Shown in pieces: positions 12,601 to 29,660 of a DNA stretch of 64,000 nt; position 1 is the first letter of the stretch; each line of letters begins with the position of its first letter. The DNA lies in assembly GCF_009914755.1 (NCBI RefSeq), contig NC_060930.1. The stretch is one strand, 5' to 3'. Below the pieces are notes generated by a model that saw nothing but the letters and a program-made list of their open reading frames with translations, was not told the DNA's origin and searched no databases. Source of the stretch: the human T2T-CHM13v2.0 reference genome, Homo sapiens. The position numbers and the translations under genes were made by a program.

Positions 12601-14369
12601 AATTCTAAAAATGATAACCTATATTCACCTGTCATTGTTATTCTGTCTACCCCTTAGTCCATTAATTTTTCACACTAGTGATTTTACCGCAATGACCTAG
12701 AACTAAACTGGAATGTTTTTTAAAAAATTTGTGTAACTTTAAAATTTAGAAACATTTTTATATACACAAAAATATGCAGAATCACAATATGCACATTGAA
12801 CTGAAAAGCTTCAGGAGCAGGAGATGACTTGAGGTCTCCAAATGCTTTGATTAAAAAATTCACTCAAATTCTTTTGACTGCTGTTGGGTTTGTGTTGGGA
12901 ATTAAAAGGTCATGAATTTCAAAGTGGAAAAAAACCTCAGAAGTCATGAATCTAGCCTTCTGCTCTGCATAGGAGATCCTTCAACAGAATCGCTACACAG
13001 CTGCTACTGGCATAACTTCAGTGACAGGGAAGTCAATTACACTTGAAGCAGCCTCTCTCCTTTAGTCAATGCTGCTTATATTGAACTCAAAGATGATTCC
13101 TTGCCCAGCCCTGGCTGATTTTCTTTATTCTGAAAATAACACAGAGTAAGTCAATTTAACATGGCCTCATAAAAACCCCAGTATTATTATATGAACAGTG
13201 CATGGATACAACAAATAAAAAGTAAAGCTTGGTGAGTTTCAGTGTATATTCTTGTAACTATCACCTAAATCAATAAATAAAACATTGATGATTACCCTAG
13301 GAGCTTTTCTTTGTGCCTTTTACCAATGATAACTCTTCCCTATCCCCTGAAGTATCCACTATGCTGCTATTTATAGTAATCCCCTCTTTGCATGTTAGTA
13401 GGTTAATTACCCAAATGTGCACCTCTAGACAATATTGTATAGTTTGGCTTACTAAAAATTTTTTATATACCTTTTAACTCTCTTTTAATATTAGAAACTG
13501 TTACCAAATATATGCTTAGATTTCTCTTCCCAGACAAAGCACATTGTTAGCTGTTCCTACCACTACATGCTCTTTTATTACCATGCTTTTTCTTGTTGCT
13601 CTCCCTGGACACACCATGATTTGTCAAGTGCTGCAAATTAGTGAGTATAAAAGTAAGCACGATACTCCACTTATGCAACACTACTGAAGAGAATAGTGAA
13701 TGTCTATGATCTGCATAATTTTCTAAAATATACGTTGGTTATTTTTAGCAGGTATAAGACATTACTGGCTCTCTTTAAACTTTGGATCACGTAAAGCCCT
13801 AGGCATTCTTATTAGAAATGCTGCCAAGTCAGGCATGACAATTTATGTAGTTTAATGTTGTGAACTCAAATACAGGACTTTTCATTTAATACTTTTTAAC
13901 ATTTTCATATTGATTTAAGCTTTGGATCTCAAACCAGATATTTTAATTTCAATTTAAAAGTGAATGTGTTATTTGAAATGAGACTTACAACACTCCAGCT
14001 GAAGAAATAGATGGCAAAAAAGAGGCATGCTACATTTTAATCGAAACTCAGTTTTTCATTTTTCATAGTATGGACTTCAGAGCCCAATAATCGCGCATAA
14101 CTTAACATTTTGCTTTCTCCAGTGAAATCTGAGACAAATGAACCAAACATATTTCAACATAATTTATGATATTGAGAGAAAATTAGAAGCACAAAATTTC
14201 AAAACTGTCTAAAATTTTATAAAAAGTAAAAATATATGGATCTTTTATTATAAAGCATGAGGTATATTGCTGTAGTCATACAAAATTCAAGATGAAAGGA
14301 CGAAATAAAAATAGGTAAGACCCTAGACTGGTTCAGACCGCCTGTGATTTTTGTTACAATTGATCTCAG

Positions 14370-14545
14370 CCATTTCCTTACTCTGTGGACTTGAGCAGGC
14401 TAATTAACTTCTTTAGCCTCTGATTCCTCATCTGTAAAATAGCTATTCTAATAGCACCTGCTTTGTAGGATGGCTATGAGGAGGATTACATGCTATGCTA
14501 AATATTTAGCATGATGCTTGGTGCATAGAGAGCATTCAGTAACTT
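14370..14545 (+). mobile_element. MIR
   Basis: aacttctttagcctctgattcctcatctgtaaaatag MIR core. Confidence 0.75.
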
Positions 14546-15287
14546 CAAAATCCACTAACTGCTCTTGTTGAAGTTTAATCCTCACTCCTGAGGATTAAAT
14601 TTATATTTAATCCTCAAAATGTTAGTATTATTTATATCTCACATACCTTTCACATTTTTGCTTTCATGTTAGACTGAGTCTTACGCTATCTAGGATCTGT
14701 TTTCTACCTGGAGTCATCCTCTGTTAGAGATAGCAGAGAATACTTACCAGAAGCTGAAAAGATTAGAATATATTTTCATGAAGGAAGAATTCAGAGCTGT
14801 CATGTTCTCATGTAGTCCAAACATACCCATGTTCCCATTATGACGTTTCTTCATTTAATTAATAAATTAGAAAAAAATTCTTGTTGGATGAGTTACTAAT
14901 GCCCTGAAGAATTGGATTAACCACTGGTCATACTGACACTACAGTGCCATTCACACTTAAATGCAACAGCTGAAATAAGATTTAATAGAAGTCTCTATTT
15001 AATGTGGATATTGGAAGTAAACTAAATGTGGGACTGGTGAAAATCCTTAATTAGGTTTGGTTAAATATATTTTCGGTTGGCTATTTGATGTCTTTTTAAT
15101 GTATACTCTTGTTATTCATATTTACAGCTAGATTTTTGCCTAATTAAACAAGGAGAACACTGTGTTGGTCAATGTATATTCCAAGAATCATTAACATGTA
15201 GCAGGGAAGTATTTATTTACAGCTCTAAAGGCTACCTATGTTGATATGGTTTAGACCTTGAGGACTGATGCCCCACAGAGGTGATTA

Positions 15288-15671
<384 letters not shown>

Positions 15672-16014
15672 GACGTTGGGTTTCATCTTTTCTTTTTCTT
15701 TTTAAGTTTTTAAATTTAAAAATTTGGAGATTAATTATATATTATATTAAATTTACATTGAAAAATGAATATATGATGTAAACTATATAAAAATGAACAT
15801 ATTTACTTGAAATTTGGTTTATTCAATTGGTAAGATCAAAATTGGATAAATTAAGTTATGTAGGTGTTGTGTCTATAGGACAAAATATTTAGTTTTAAAA
15901 AATTTATGGGATAATCATAATTCTAGGTTTATGAATTATTATCATCGTTCTATTTTCAGCAAATTAAAAATAGTATGAACACTCTGGAGCTTATCCCTCA
16001 ATTTATGGTCTGGA

Positions 16015-18312
<2,298 letters not shown>

Positions 18313-18519
18313 GCAAAAATAGATTCTCAGAATATAATCTCCAGATTTTGTAATCCACTGATACAATTACATACTGATTACCTACTCTGTAATATGGAAT
18401 TTAAAAAATTCCATGTGTGATTTTCTAACTCTATCATAGGTCGGTAACCTCTATACATCTGGAAAGGCTAGATGTGGCAAATGTTTCCTTGTAAAAGTTT
18501 TGGGGGAAGCTGAGAGCAG

Positions 18520-19010
18520 CTTTCTCACATTATACACGCAGGTCTCCTATAAACGCTGGTACATCCTCCCAAAGCGTGATGGGAATCTCCAAATCGCTAA
18601 ATGTGTCCTGTTACTCCGTTTCTCTTTTCCCACATCAACGTCTGGTAGAAGGAAGGCCAACTGCCCCATGGTCGCTACCATTCCACCCGTCCTCATCCGG
18701 GACTTCGCTGACCTTCCGGCCGTTAAGGCTGTTGTCTGTTGTCATCCGGACCAGGTAGGTCTCACCCAATTGGGACAGAGAGGTCCCCCGAGGACAGCAT
18801 CTGCGCGGCGCCGTGGCCTAAAGAGGAGGCCAGGCCTCTCCCTAACTCCGCCTTCGCGGGCCCTGCACCCCAGCAGCCTCTGCGTGTTTCTTCCCGCCCG
18901 GCACACCCGCGGCCATCCAAAGGTGCTGTGTGCCGGCGGCCACCAGGTCACCGAGGTGGGGTGGGGAAGACAGGTTCGCCGCTGCTTCAGGCCTGGGATC
19001 TCTGCTGGAA
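18520..19010 (+). promoter_or_regulatory. Small CpG island / candidate promoter and first exon
   Basis: Abrupt non-repeat GC- and CpG-rich island in an AT-rich region. ETS-type cttccgg at 18713-18719, ZNF143-like gcgtgatgggaa at 18574-18585, TATAAA at 18548-18553, strong donor CAG|GTAGGT (GT at 18755-18756). Confidence 0.75.
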
Positions 19011-19212
19011 CTCTCTATATTTTTTAATCAATTTAAAATTTATAATAATGTATGTTTTTTAGGTATTGTTTTTACTGACAAATTTTATTTCTAGATCTTT
19101 CATCAGTTTTCTCACGCTGGTCAACAAATAGGCCTTCATCACACACTAATTTGTAATGTCATTCTTTTCATATTTACTGTTGTAATGTAAAACACACTAG
19201 GGTCTGTTTTGA

Positions 19213-19542
<330 letters not shown>

Positions 19543-19919
19543 CCCAAATCAAACCCTTAGTAATATTTGATAGTATTTCAGTGCTGGCCAGAGCAAATCC
19601 TTGCTTATTATTCGTTTATGAAAATGGCTTGACTCTTCTAAGCTGTAATTTGACCAAATAAATCTTGAAATAAATTTGTTACAATCCAAACACAATGCAG
19701 ACAATTATTTGAAATGTCTGCATTTAAATTTATATTTAAAAGTTATTTTTTGAAGAATGTGGCATGTCTCATTTTATTTGTTTTTCCCTTTTTCTTGGTA
19801 AAGATTAATAATACCTTAAAAATGTTCAACATATGTTAAGTTCATCTTTATTGATATCATTTTATTTAATTGCTCATTGCTTATTGTTGTTAGAGCTATA
19901 TATGTATTTTTTAAATTAA

Positions 19920-20910
19920 ATTTTTTTTTTAACTTTTATTTTAGGTTTAGGGGTACATATGCAGGTTTGTTACTTGAGTAAATTGTGTGTTGCTGAGGTT
20001 TGGTGTTCAAATCATTTTGTCACCCAGATAGTGAGCATAGTACCCAATAAGTAGTTTTTCAATCCTCACCCTCCTTCCTCCTGCCACCCTCAGGTAGGCC
20101 CAGGTGTCTGTTGTTCCCCTCTTTGTGTCTGTGTGTACTCAATGTTTAGCTCATACTTATAAGTGAGAACATGTGGTATTTGGTTTTCTGTTTTTGCATT
20201 AATTCACTTAGGATAATGGCCTCCAGCTGCCATCCATGCTGTTGCAAGGGACATGATTTCATTCTTTTTATGGTTGCATAGTATTCTGTGGTGTATATAT
20301 GTCACATTTTCTTTATCCAGTCCACCACTGATGGGCATCTAGATTGATTCTATGTCTTTGCTACTGTGAATAGTGCTGTGATGAACATGCGAGTGAATGT
20401 GTCTTTTTGGTAGAACAATTTTTATTTCTTTGGGTATATACCCAGTAATGGGATTGTTAGGTCAAATGGTAGTTCTGAGTTCTTTGAGAAATCTCTAAAC
20501 TGTTTTCCACTGTGGCTGAACTAATTGAAATTCCCACCAGCCGTGTGTAAGTATTCCATTTTCTCTGCAACCTCACTAACATGTGTTATTTTTTGACTTT
20601 TTAATAATGTCCATTCTGACTGGTGTGAGATGGTATTTCATTGTGGTTTTGATTTGCCTTTCCCTAACGATTAGTGATACTGAGCATGTTTTCATATGCT
20701 TGTTGGACATGCGTATGTCTTCTTTTGTGAAGTGTTGGTTCATGTCTTTGCTCATTTTTAAATGGGGTTGTTTTTGCTTGTTGATTTGTTTAAATTTCTT
20801 ATAGATTCTGGATATTAGACCTTTGTTGGATGCTTAATTTGCAAATATTTTCTCCTATTTTGTAGGTTGTCTGTTTAATCTGTTGGTAGTTTCTTTTGCT
20901 GTGCAGAAGA
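19920..20910 (-). mobile_element. L1PA (older primate) 3' ~1 kb
   Basis: Poly-T followed by aacttttattttaggtttaggggtacatatgcaggtttgttac, continuing into ORF2 3' sequence. Confidence 0.9.
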
Positions 20911-21904
20911 TTTTAAATATTTATTCTGTATATTTCTTTTTCACGGAGTCTATAGGGATTTCTAATAACATAATTTTTTTGTGTTAAAAATGGAGTGGAT
21001 TCTGTTATCTTAAAATAATGATAGTTTTCTTTCTTCTTATTTTTTGGGGGATATACCTGTATTTTTCAGCTAATGTAAAACAACAGAGTAGAAACTCTAG
21101 TTGATATTTGCTCTTAAGCATTTTAGTTCAGAGGGACTAAAAGCAAGGTGCAACAAATTAAGAAGTAATGAATAGTGTCTAATGAGAAAAATAGAGTGTG
21201 TTTTGAACTAGCCTAACCCAATTTGGTCATGCTCAGCAACAGGGTCATTTTTGGTAGTTAATCATAGTGGCTGAAAAAGGTGAAGTGGGCGTATGGTTAG
21301 CATTTACCACCACAATCCTATGTCCCAGTTATGATGAAAATGACTCTGATCAAATTCTGCCATGAATATAGAGATTAGTTAACCAGACATTAGCATAAGA
21401 CAGTTTATGTCATCTGCTCTGTAAATTTAATAAATCCTCAGCTCTCTGCCCTTTAAAATACTCCAAAGTACCTTGTAGAAAGGTGTATTTGAAGAAGATA
21501 AGACAACAGAGGTAGGGTTTTACTTTCATGTCAGCATTGAGAAAGTGGAACTTATCCATAGTAGGACACAGGCCCATTTAGGGAACAAGTCTTGGGCACT
21601 ACCCCTAAAGTTTAGGCTACACATCTTGCTAGGTTCTTATGCCCTTCATAGAAGAATAGGGAATGTTTCTAAAATATGTTAGATGACCCTCATATATTTG
21701 GTACCACTAATTTCAGGATGATAACTGATTTAAACCTCAATTATTATGTGAGTTGGCTAGGCATCAGATGTTGACCAAGAGGTAGATAACTGAAGGTCCT
21801 GTGGTAGCTGCCTTGGAGGGCAGCCTTTCTGGCTAAATGCTAGTTGACCTCCCCATCTAATAGTGTACATTTACTGATTAGAGCCACTCATGTCCATAAA
21901 ATGT

Positions 21905-22222
<318 letters not shown>

Positions 22223-23710
22223 CATAGAATGTAATATTTGAATGAATAAATGCACTTATATCAATAGCCTGACAAAGTGTTTTAAAGTATACTACAGTTA
22301 CCATGACAAAGTGTTTCTCTGAAGAAACTTGTCTATGAAGAATAATGAGATTGGTAAGAAAACATAAATAAAAAGAACTACCAAGGAACATTTCCATCCA
22401 ACTGATTTTAAAGAGAATAAATTGACCTGGAGTTAATTACCTAGTAGAATTAATTTCTACACAGTGATTTGGAATTTGGGAGTACAATTAGTGAAAACAG
22501 GTACTGGAATTGCTCCAGTGTTGGGAATGGACCCACATATTCATAAATGGGTACTTATTGGTACTAGAAAATTTTCTACACAATTACTCTACATTAAATA
22601 TTACTCCAGGTTTTCAGGACATGGAAGTAGCTTCTTTTTAAAAAATCCTTTTCATGTTACTTCTCCACCTAGATAGTTTCAAAAAGTGTATTATTTTTCA
22701 ATTTCAAAATTTTATTCATTGAAACATAAACTTGGTCAGTTCTATTCAAGACATCAATATAAAGAGAAATGACTGAATTGTAGAAAGGTTTGTATAAATT
22801 AAATTGTAAAAGTGTGAGCTAAAAATATGCATTATTAATACAGAAAGCTTCTTAGTAATAATACCAAATATGTGCTCCTTATAATCACATGGATCAAAAT
22901 TGTATACTCTTTAGTTAAGGGATGTAATGGGGAAAAATAGAAGATTGGAATTGTTTTAATTGCATCTGTGTTCTGAGGAATGGAGCAGCAGCAGCAGAAG
23001 AAAAGGTGTTCTTTTACTTAAAACAACAAATTCTATTTTCTAATGCAAGGTGAGTGTATCTTTACCCCTTATTCTAGTGTTTATAGAAGATAGAGCCAGA
23101 CAAATATTTCTCTCTAAGTGATAGTGACATTATTCCTTCACAGACACTACAGTTGAAAGAATTGGAGGTCCTAGGTCAGAGACAAAGACAGATTGGAATA
23201 GAAGTTGGGACCGAAAGTAAATAAGATCTTCCAAAACATGGAGCAAGGGGGACCTAAAAAAGCAGACATCCAGAGAGCAAAGCTCTGTGGTAGGGATTGC
23301 TAAGGAATTTTAAGAAGTCAAATATTCATTAGGCAATGTTTTCCTTTTTATCCTGCAGTATAATCCTCCTTTATTATTCCCAGTTCTTTATGAAAATCCC
23401 ACTAACTGCATTCCCCACTTGTTAGTGGTACTTTAGAGAATAAAAGAAAATAGGCTTGGTTCACTGGCAAGAGGACAAGAAATAGTCTTTAAGTGGAGAA
23501 GAAGCTGTTTCGTACAGTAGAAATTGGTAAGGACAGTGGCCACAGGGACTCAACTGTGAGAGGAGGTTAAAAATTTATCAGGAGCAGTATTTTAAACAAA
23601 AATCCTCAAAAATAATAGAATCCTTCTCCCATAGAAAATAATTTTCAGAAATACAATGGAGAGTGTCAGAATTTCTTCAGAAAGTAGAAAGAATTTTAAA
23701 ATTTAACTTA

Positions 23711-24100
<390 letters not shown>

Positions 24101-26913
24101 TCAGTAAGTTGGGTACATATTTAGACTTATAAATTATCAGCATCTATACCCAGGTATCGCTTGAAAAATGTTACCAATTAATAATTAGCTTAATTTTTAC
24201 AGCATGTTTGAAAATTTGATATGCCATATCATTTTTATGCAACATACTTCAATAATACATGTCAGTAAATTTATTTAAGATATAAATATTCATTGTGAAG
24301 TAGGTAAATGTATGTACTTGCAAAGATACCCAAACACATCAATTAAAATAATGGGATTAGAATTGGATAATAAGTGCATATATATGTATTTGACCTCTAG
24401 AGGTTCCTGTACTTCAAAATTCATCACTATATGACAATTGAGTATCATAGCATCTTCTGCTTGAATCCATTTATAAGTTTTTGTTTAAGAAGTGAGAGAA
24501 AATTAATAATTGTTATGAATATAAACAGATACAGTAAAAATGGCATTTCATTTTCTCTAGATATTCATGATTCTCTGAATTTGAATAATGTATTTTTTAG
24601 ATTATAGTCTTCTAAAGAAGAGAAATATTGAAAGAATTAGCTATTTACTTGCACTGAGGGGAGTCATTATGTGCATTTTCTACTATGGTTTTCTTAGTCC
24701 ACCACTCCTCAAGTTATGATGGTTGACTCAGAAGGGTTGCTTTTATCTTTAATCATAAATCATTATGAATTTCCTTGTCTGAACTAGTCAACATCTACCA
24801 TGTTGTGGTTAATTGGTACCAATCAGAGTTGAACTTCTTGTGGAAGAATCTGGAGATGTCCATATGTAAGGAAAATAGGCAGTAAACTAGATTGTATTAT
24901 ATTGCATTTTTCCAACACTAGGCATATGTGGTTTTGAAAATTACCTATTTACTGAGTGTTTTGTGAGTGGCAGAAACATTTTCCTGCCCTGGCCAAGGGC
25001 TAACCTTAGAAAAAGATAAATGTGATGGGTATAAAATCTAAGAGAGCTGACTTAGTTTCAGGATATTGTTAAGCCCTTTGAGACTGGTGCTCCACAACAG
25101 TAATTAAGCATAATTATGATGCAGGTCAAGGTAAGACATTTCCGAAATTTTCTAGGACATGTTTTTGAAGGCTTGGGATATTCTGCTTAGCTCATATTTG
25201 TGTATTTTTTTTTTAGTTAAAAATGATAACAAGATGATTTTTGCTCTGTTTACAAACATTTGCATGAACACTGAAAAATTCATCCAAATCGTTAAAAATA
25301 TTCAATGCCTACTAAGAGTCATGGAACCCTATTATATGATGGTGAATCGAGAAAGAACTATACAAAATTATGCTTTCAAGAAACTTATAATTACATTGGC
25401 TAGAGGCTTATCAGTTCTATAAATAATATTTACAAAACAATGCAATTCTAACCTTCATAGAGATTTGTATGGCTTGTTAAGAGAACCATAGTCTAAGACA
25501 ATGGGCTTCAGCAGGGGGGCACACTCTGGGATGCAGAGACTTTTGTAGGGTTATAAAGTTAGTTTTAAGGAAATAACTTCCAGATCCTCCTTGTTCCTTT
25601 GTTTTCTTCGCTAACATTTTCTTGAGGAAATGCCAGGTTGAGGAGTTAGACAGGTTCTCTTTCCAGCCTTCACTTTCAAAGATCCCTTCTCCTCCTTCAC
25701 AAAAGAAAGGCATAATTACCATCTCTACTGATCTTACTGTAACATATCATCCACATTGTGAAAACCAGTGGTACACCAAAGAAAGGGACAACTCAAAATG
25801 CTAGTGGTGTGCTGCTCATCATTAAAGATGACATGATGGAAGAGAAAATATATATTTTTAGATTCTAGCAGTGTGTCTTTCTAGATCTATCTAGATTGGC
25901 TACTATTATTAAATAATGGGCACTTTTAGAGAAAGGTATCAGATCATGGCAAAAATAAAAGTTTAATTAAAAAGTAATCACATTGTCCCATAAAAGCTAA
26001 ATATTATATTATGATAAATAGAAATAAAAAGATTTATTCTGTTATGCAATTCCACTACATATAAACATTACCACATTTCTAAAAATTCACGTAAATCCGC
26101 CAGTTCCACAGATGTATGTCAAAAGCCTAACTGGTTTCAAACTAGTCATATTATCTTTCCATTAAGTTGAGACAATCATGGAATAAACATTTAACGAATG
26201 AAAGAGAAATTGATAAGACTGTGTCATTACCTTTAAAACCCTTTAATTTGTGGCTTTATATTACGATAGAGTAGTAATAGACTTAAATAGCAGAGACCCT
26301 TTACTCAAGATATCGATTTGAAATTTCATTGAAAAAAGAGTGAATTGTTTTAAATGGGGCTTATGACAATTACTGTCTTATAAACTGCACTGTTTGCATC
26401 AAACACAAATAAATATTTGGGTGGCATTACAAAAGATTGGGTGTACAAAATCATTATTGTGTATATGTATATTTTTTCTCAAGCTCCAATAGAATGAACA
26501 TTATGGGTATATTATTTAATATACACACCATAATGTATATGAAACCATTTGCTCAGGTCTATACTTTGGAAGAGGCAAGGATTAACATTGAAAATACAAA
26601 ACTAGATAACCAAAACAGTTTCTATGTGGTTTTAGAATAAATTAAATGCATTCAAATTTATGTTTACATCCCATTTGTGTTTTATTTCAAGCAAAAATAA
26701 AATTTCTAATGATCTGTTTTCTCTGATGATATACCAATGATCAGGGACATAAAGGAGCTAAGTAGAATGGTTGTAATTTTGTTTGCATCTACAAAATGTT
26801 TGTATATAATAATTATATTTATGGATCTCCATGACCTAGGAATTACTTGCGTTTGTAAAAATTAAAGAAAATTAGAAAACATACTTAATTGCCTTATTCA
26901 CTCTAGTCTTTAT

Positions 26914-27876
26914 CTATGACTTGCAATTCCTCTTTATTTTTGTAGATTTGTGGTGAAATCTCATCAGTTTCTTCAGGGCATCCTTCATGTCCTTATTTCT
27001 TAAGGTGTAAATGAGCGGGTTGAGACTTGGAGTGATGACGGTGTAAAAGAGGGTGAGGAACTTGCCCTGGTCTTTGGAAGCCCTGTTACCTGGTTGCAGG
27101 TACATGTAGATAATAGTTCCATAGAACATAGACACTACAGTAAGATGAGATCCACAGGTATTCATTGCTTTTCGCTGGCTTGCTTTTGACTTCGTTCTCA
27201 GCACAGCTTTGGCAATGTAGCCATAGGATATAAGAATAAGGATGAGAGGTGTGAGGACAATTATAATGCCTAAAGCGAAAACAGACATTTCAACTGTTGT
27301 GGTGTCTACACAAGCTATCTTGACCAGAGCTGGCAACTCACACAAGAAATGATCCAGAATGTTGTTTCCACATGTGGGCAAATTCAGAGTGAGTGTACAT
27401 AATACTACAGAATTGGCCAAACTAATACTCCAGATCATGATAATCATCTTTAGACATAGATGTGGGTTCATGACTACAAAATAATGCAAGGGCTTACATA
27501 TAGCTGTAAAACGATCATAGGACATAACAGCCAGGAGAAGGCACTCAACTGAGCCCAACCACATGTAAACATAGAGTTGGATGATACAACCCACATAGCT
27601 GATGGTCTTATCAGGTCCCCACAAGTTGACCAGCATCTGAGGGATGATGCTGGTTGTGAAACATAGATCTAGGAAAGATAAATTTCTGAGGAAAAAGTAC
27701 ATTGGTGTATGAAGCTGGGAATCCAGGAGAGATGCAAGAATGATGGCTGTGTTACCCACCAATGTAATTAAGTAGAAGATGGCGACAACTCCTGACAGGA
27801 TCATCTCCATTTTTGGATGGTTAGAGAAGCCAAGCAGAATAAAACCATGTAAAGAACTATAATTGCTTTGGTCCAT
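26914..27876 (-). CDS. OR2W1: Olfactory receptor 2W1 (7TM class A GPCR), intact 320 aa
   Basis: Uninterrupted ORF MDQSNYSSLHGFILLGFSNHPK... with N-glycosylation sequon, LHTPMYFFL, MSYDRFTAICKPLHY, KAMNTCGSHL and [14 protein letters not shown]. Recognised as human OR2W1. Confidence 0.97.
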   Translation of the reverse strand: MDQSNYSSLHGFILLGFSNHPKMEMILSGVVAIFYLITLVGNTAIILASLLDSQLHTPMYFFLRNLSFLDLCFTTSIIPQMLVNLWGPDKTISYVGCIIQLYVYMWLGSVECLLLAVMSYDRFTAICKPLHYFVVMNPHLCLKMIIMIWSISLANSVVLCTLTLNLPTCGNNILDHFLCELPALVKIACVDTTTVEMSVFALGIIIVLTPLILILISYGYIAKAVLRTKSKASQRKAMNTCGSHLTVVSMFYGTIIYMYLQPGNRASKDQGKFLTLFYTVITPSLNPLIYTLRNKDMKDALKKLMRFHHKSTKIKRNCKS

Positions 27877-27896
27877 AGTCCTTCAATGTCTAAATC

Positions 27897-27925
27897 CTAG
27901 AGTGAGAAAAGGAGGAGGAGGAGGT
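27897..27925 (-). promoter_or_regulatory. Splice acceptor of the OR2W1 coding exon
   Basis: Minus strand reads cctcctcctcctccttttctcactctAG|gatttagacattgaaggactATG. The AG is 20 nt upstream of the ATG. Confidence 0.7.
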
Positions 27926-28026
27926 AGATGATGATACAAGGATAAGGAGAAGGAAGAAGAAGGAAGAAGAGGTAGAGGAGGAGAAGGAGGAGGGAGAGGA
28001 AGAAGAAAAGGAAAAGAGGAAGAAAC
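27905..28026. repeat. GA-rich low-complexity / polypurine tract
   Basis: Mixed (GGA)n and (GAA)n units. Confidence 0.85.
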
Positions 28027-28429
28027 AATTTGTCAACATGAACTATCTAAATAATTCGATAAAATTAGAACTAAACAAAGAGAGATAATTTATGTTACTA
28101 ATTGAAAAAATTTAATGGATAAAAGTAAAAATTACAGCCAAGAAATCTGCTATTTGTCATAGATTCTTTTATGGCAATGAGTTTAATATTAGATTTTTTA
28201 AAAAAAATCCAGGTGACCTTGGGGAGTTCACTTTTAAACTTGAGGTCTGAATTATCTAACGTGTAGATTTGAAAGTTTGAAATAGATGCTGGTTCTAAAA
28301 TGACCCTATGATTCTTTATAAGCTAGTTAGCTTGATAAAATGAACATATTCTTTTATTTGATCAGTAAATTCACCTATAAAATTTAAGTACTGGGCTAAT
28401 GGTAGGATGAGGAAAAGATGTGATAACCT

Positions 28430-28848
28430 GGAGGATGAACCTGGGGACATCATGCTAACTGAAGTAAGCTGAAAGACAAATATTGCATGATTTCATTTAT
28501 ATATGGAATCCAAAAAAGTTGAACTCATAGAGGTAGAGAGTGGGGGCAGGAGATGGATGGGAAAAGGGGAGATGTTGATCAAGGGTACTAAGTTTCAGTT
28601 AGAAAAAAGGAACCAGTTTTAGTGATCTCACAGAATGGTGACTACAATAAACAATAATGCATTGTTTATTTCAAAATTACTAAGAGTAGATTTTAAGTGT
28701 TTTCACCACAAAAAATAAGTATGTTAGGTGATGGGTTTGTTAATTAGCCTGATTTAATCATTACACATTATAAACATATATTAAAACATTATATTGCACC
28801 CCATAAACATATACAATTGTTGCTTAATTAAAAATAAACCTTAAAAAA
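28430..28848 (+). mobile_element. L1M 3'UTR fragment
   Basis: ggatgaacctggggacatcatgctaa...agagtagattttaagtgttttcaccac...aaaataaa. Confidence 0.8.
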
Positions 28849-29214
28849 GAGTGAGGAAAGATTGTTCTTCTTTTTTCATATCTTAGTGACTAAGCACCTT
28901 TGATCTCCTAGTTTGTTATGTAGGACATCTGGTGTTTACCCTTGGACGCTTTGTCTCTCTCATTCTTAACGCCTTATCACCAAAACTGGTAAATTTGGAT
29001 GCAAATATATATGCTAATTATCCTATCACTTTAAAAAATCCCTACCACCACAACCCTAATTCAAATCACTATGATTTCTTTTCTGGATTCTGGCAATAGT
29101 CTTGCATCCAGTCCTTGCATCCAGTCTTATGCCTTTACATTGTTACAACATTTGATGAAATCATGTCATCCATCTCCTTAAAACTTGTCAGCCACTTTAC
29201 ACTACATTTAAGAA

Positions 29215-29460
29215 ATACTATATTGTATACTTAAAATTTTGCTAGGAGGGTAGATCTTAAGTGTTCTCATCACACGCACACACATACACAACACAATAAA
29301 GAAGGTGGGAGGAAACTGTTGGAGGTGATGGATGTATATATGGGATAGATTGTGTTGATGGTTTCACATGTATATACTCACCTTCAAACTCATCAAGTTG
29401 TATACATTAAATCTGTACTGCTTTTGTATGTCAGTCATACTTCAATAAAGTGGTCAAAAA
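29215..29460 (+). mobile_element. L1M 3' terminal fragment
   Basis: gtagatcttaagtgttctcatcac...ggaggtgatggatgt...cttcaataaagtgg. Confidence 0.75.
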
Positions 29461-29496
29461 GCTAATATAAAACATTTGGTTAAAAAATAACAGCCA

Positions 29497-29660
29497 TTAG
29501 CCAGGTGTGGTGGCGTACTCCTATAGTCCCAGCTACTCAGGAGGCTGAGGCGGGAGGATCACTTGAGCCCAGGAGTTTGAGGTTGCGGTGAGCTATGATT
29601 GCACCACTGCACTCCACCCTGGGTGCTGGAGCAAGATCCTGTCTCAAAAACAAACAAAAC
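29497..29660 (+). mobile_element. Alu right arm / FRAM
   Basis: ttagccaggtgtggtggcg...gagcccaggagtttgaggttgcggtgagctatgattgc. Confidence 0.85.

Noticed and set aside
18560-18760. Possible tRNA gene (the extended MHC is tRNA-rich)
   Set aside because: No A/B box pair (no GTTCRA) or cloverleaf is recognisable.
18500-19062. 175-aa and 107-aa ORFs over the CpG island
   Set aside because: Both start at TTG, have no recognisable domain, and long ORFs are expected by chance in GC-rich DNA.
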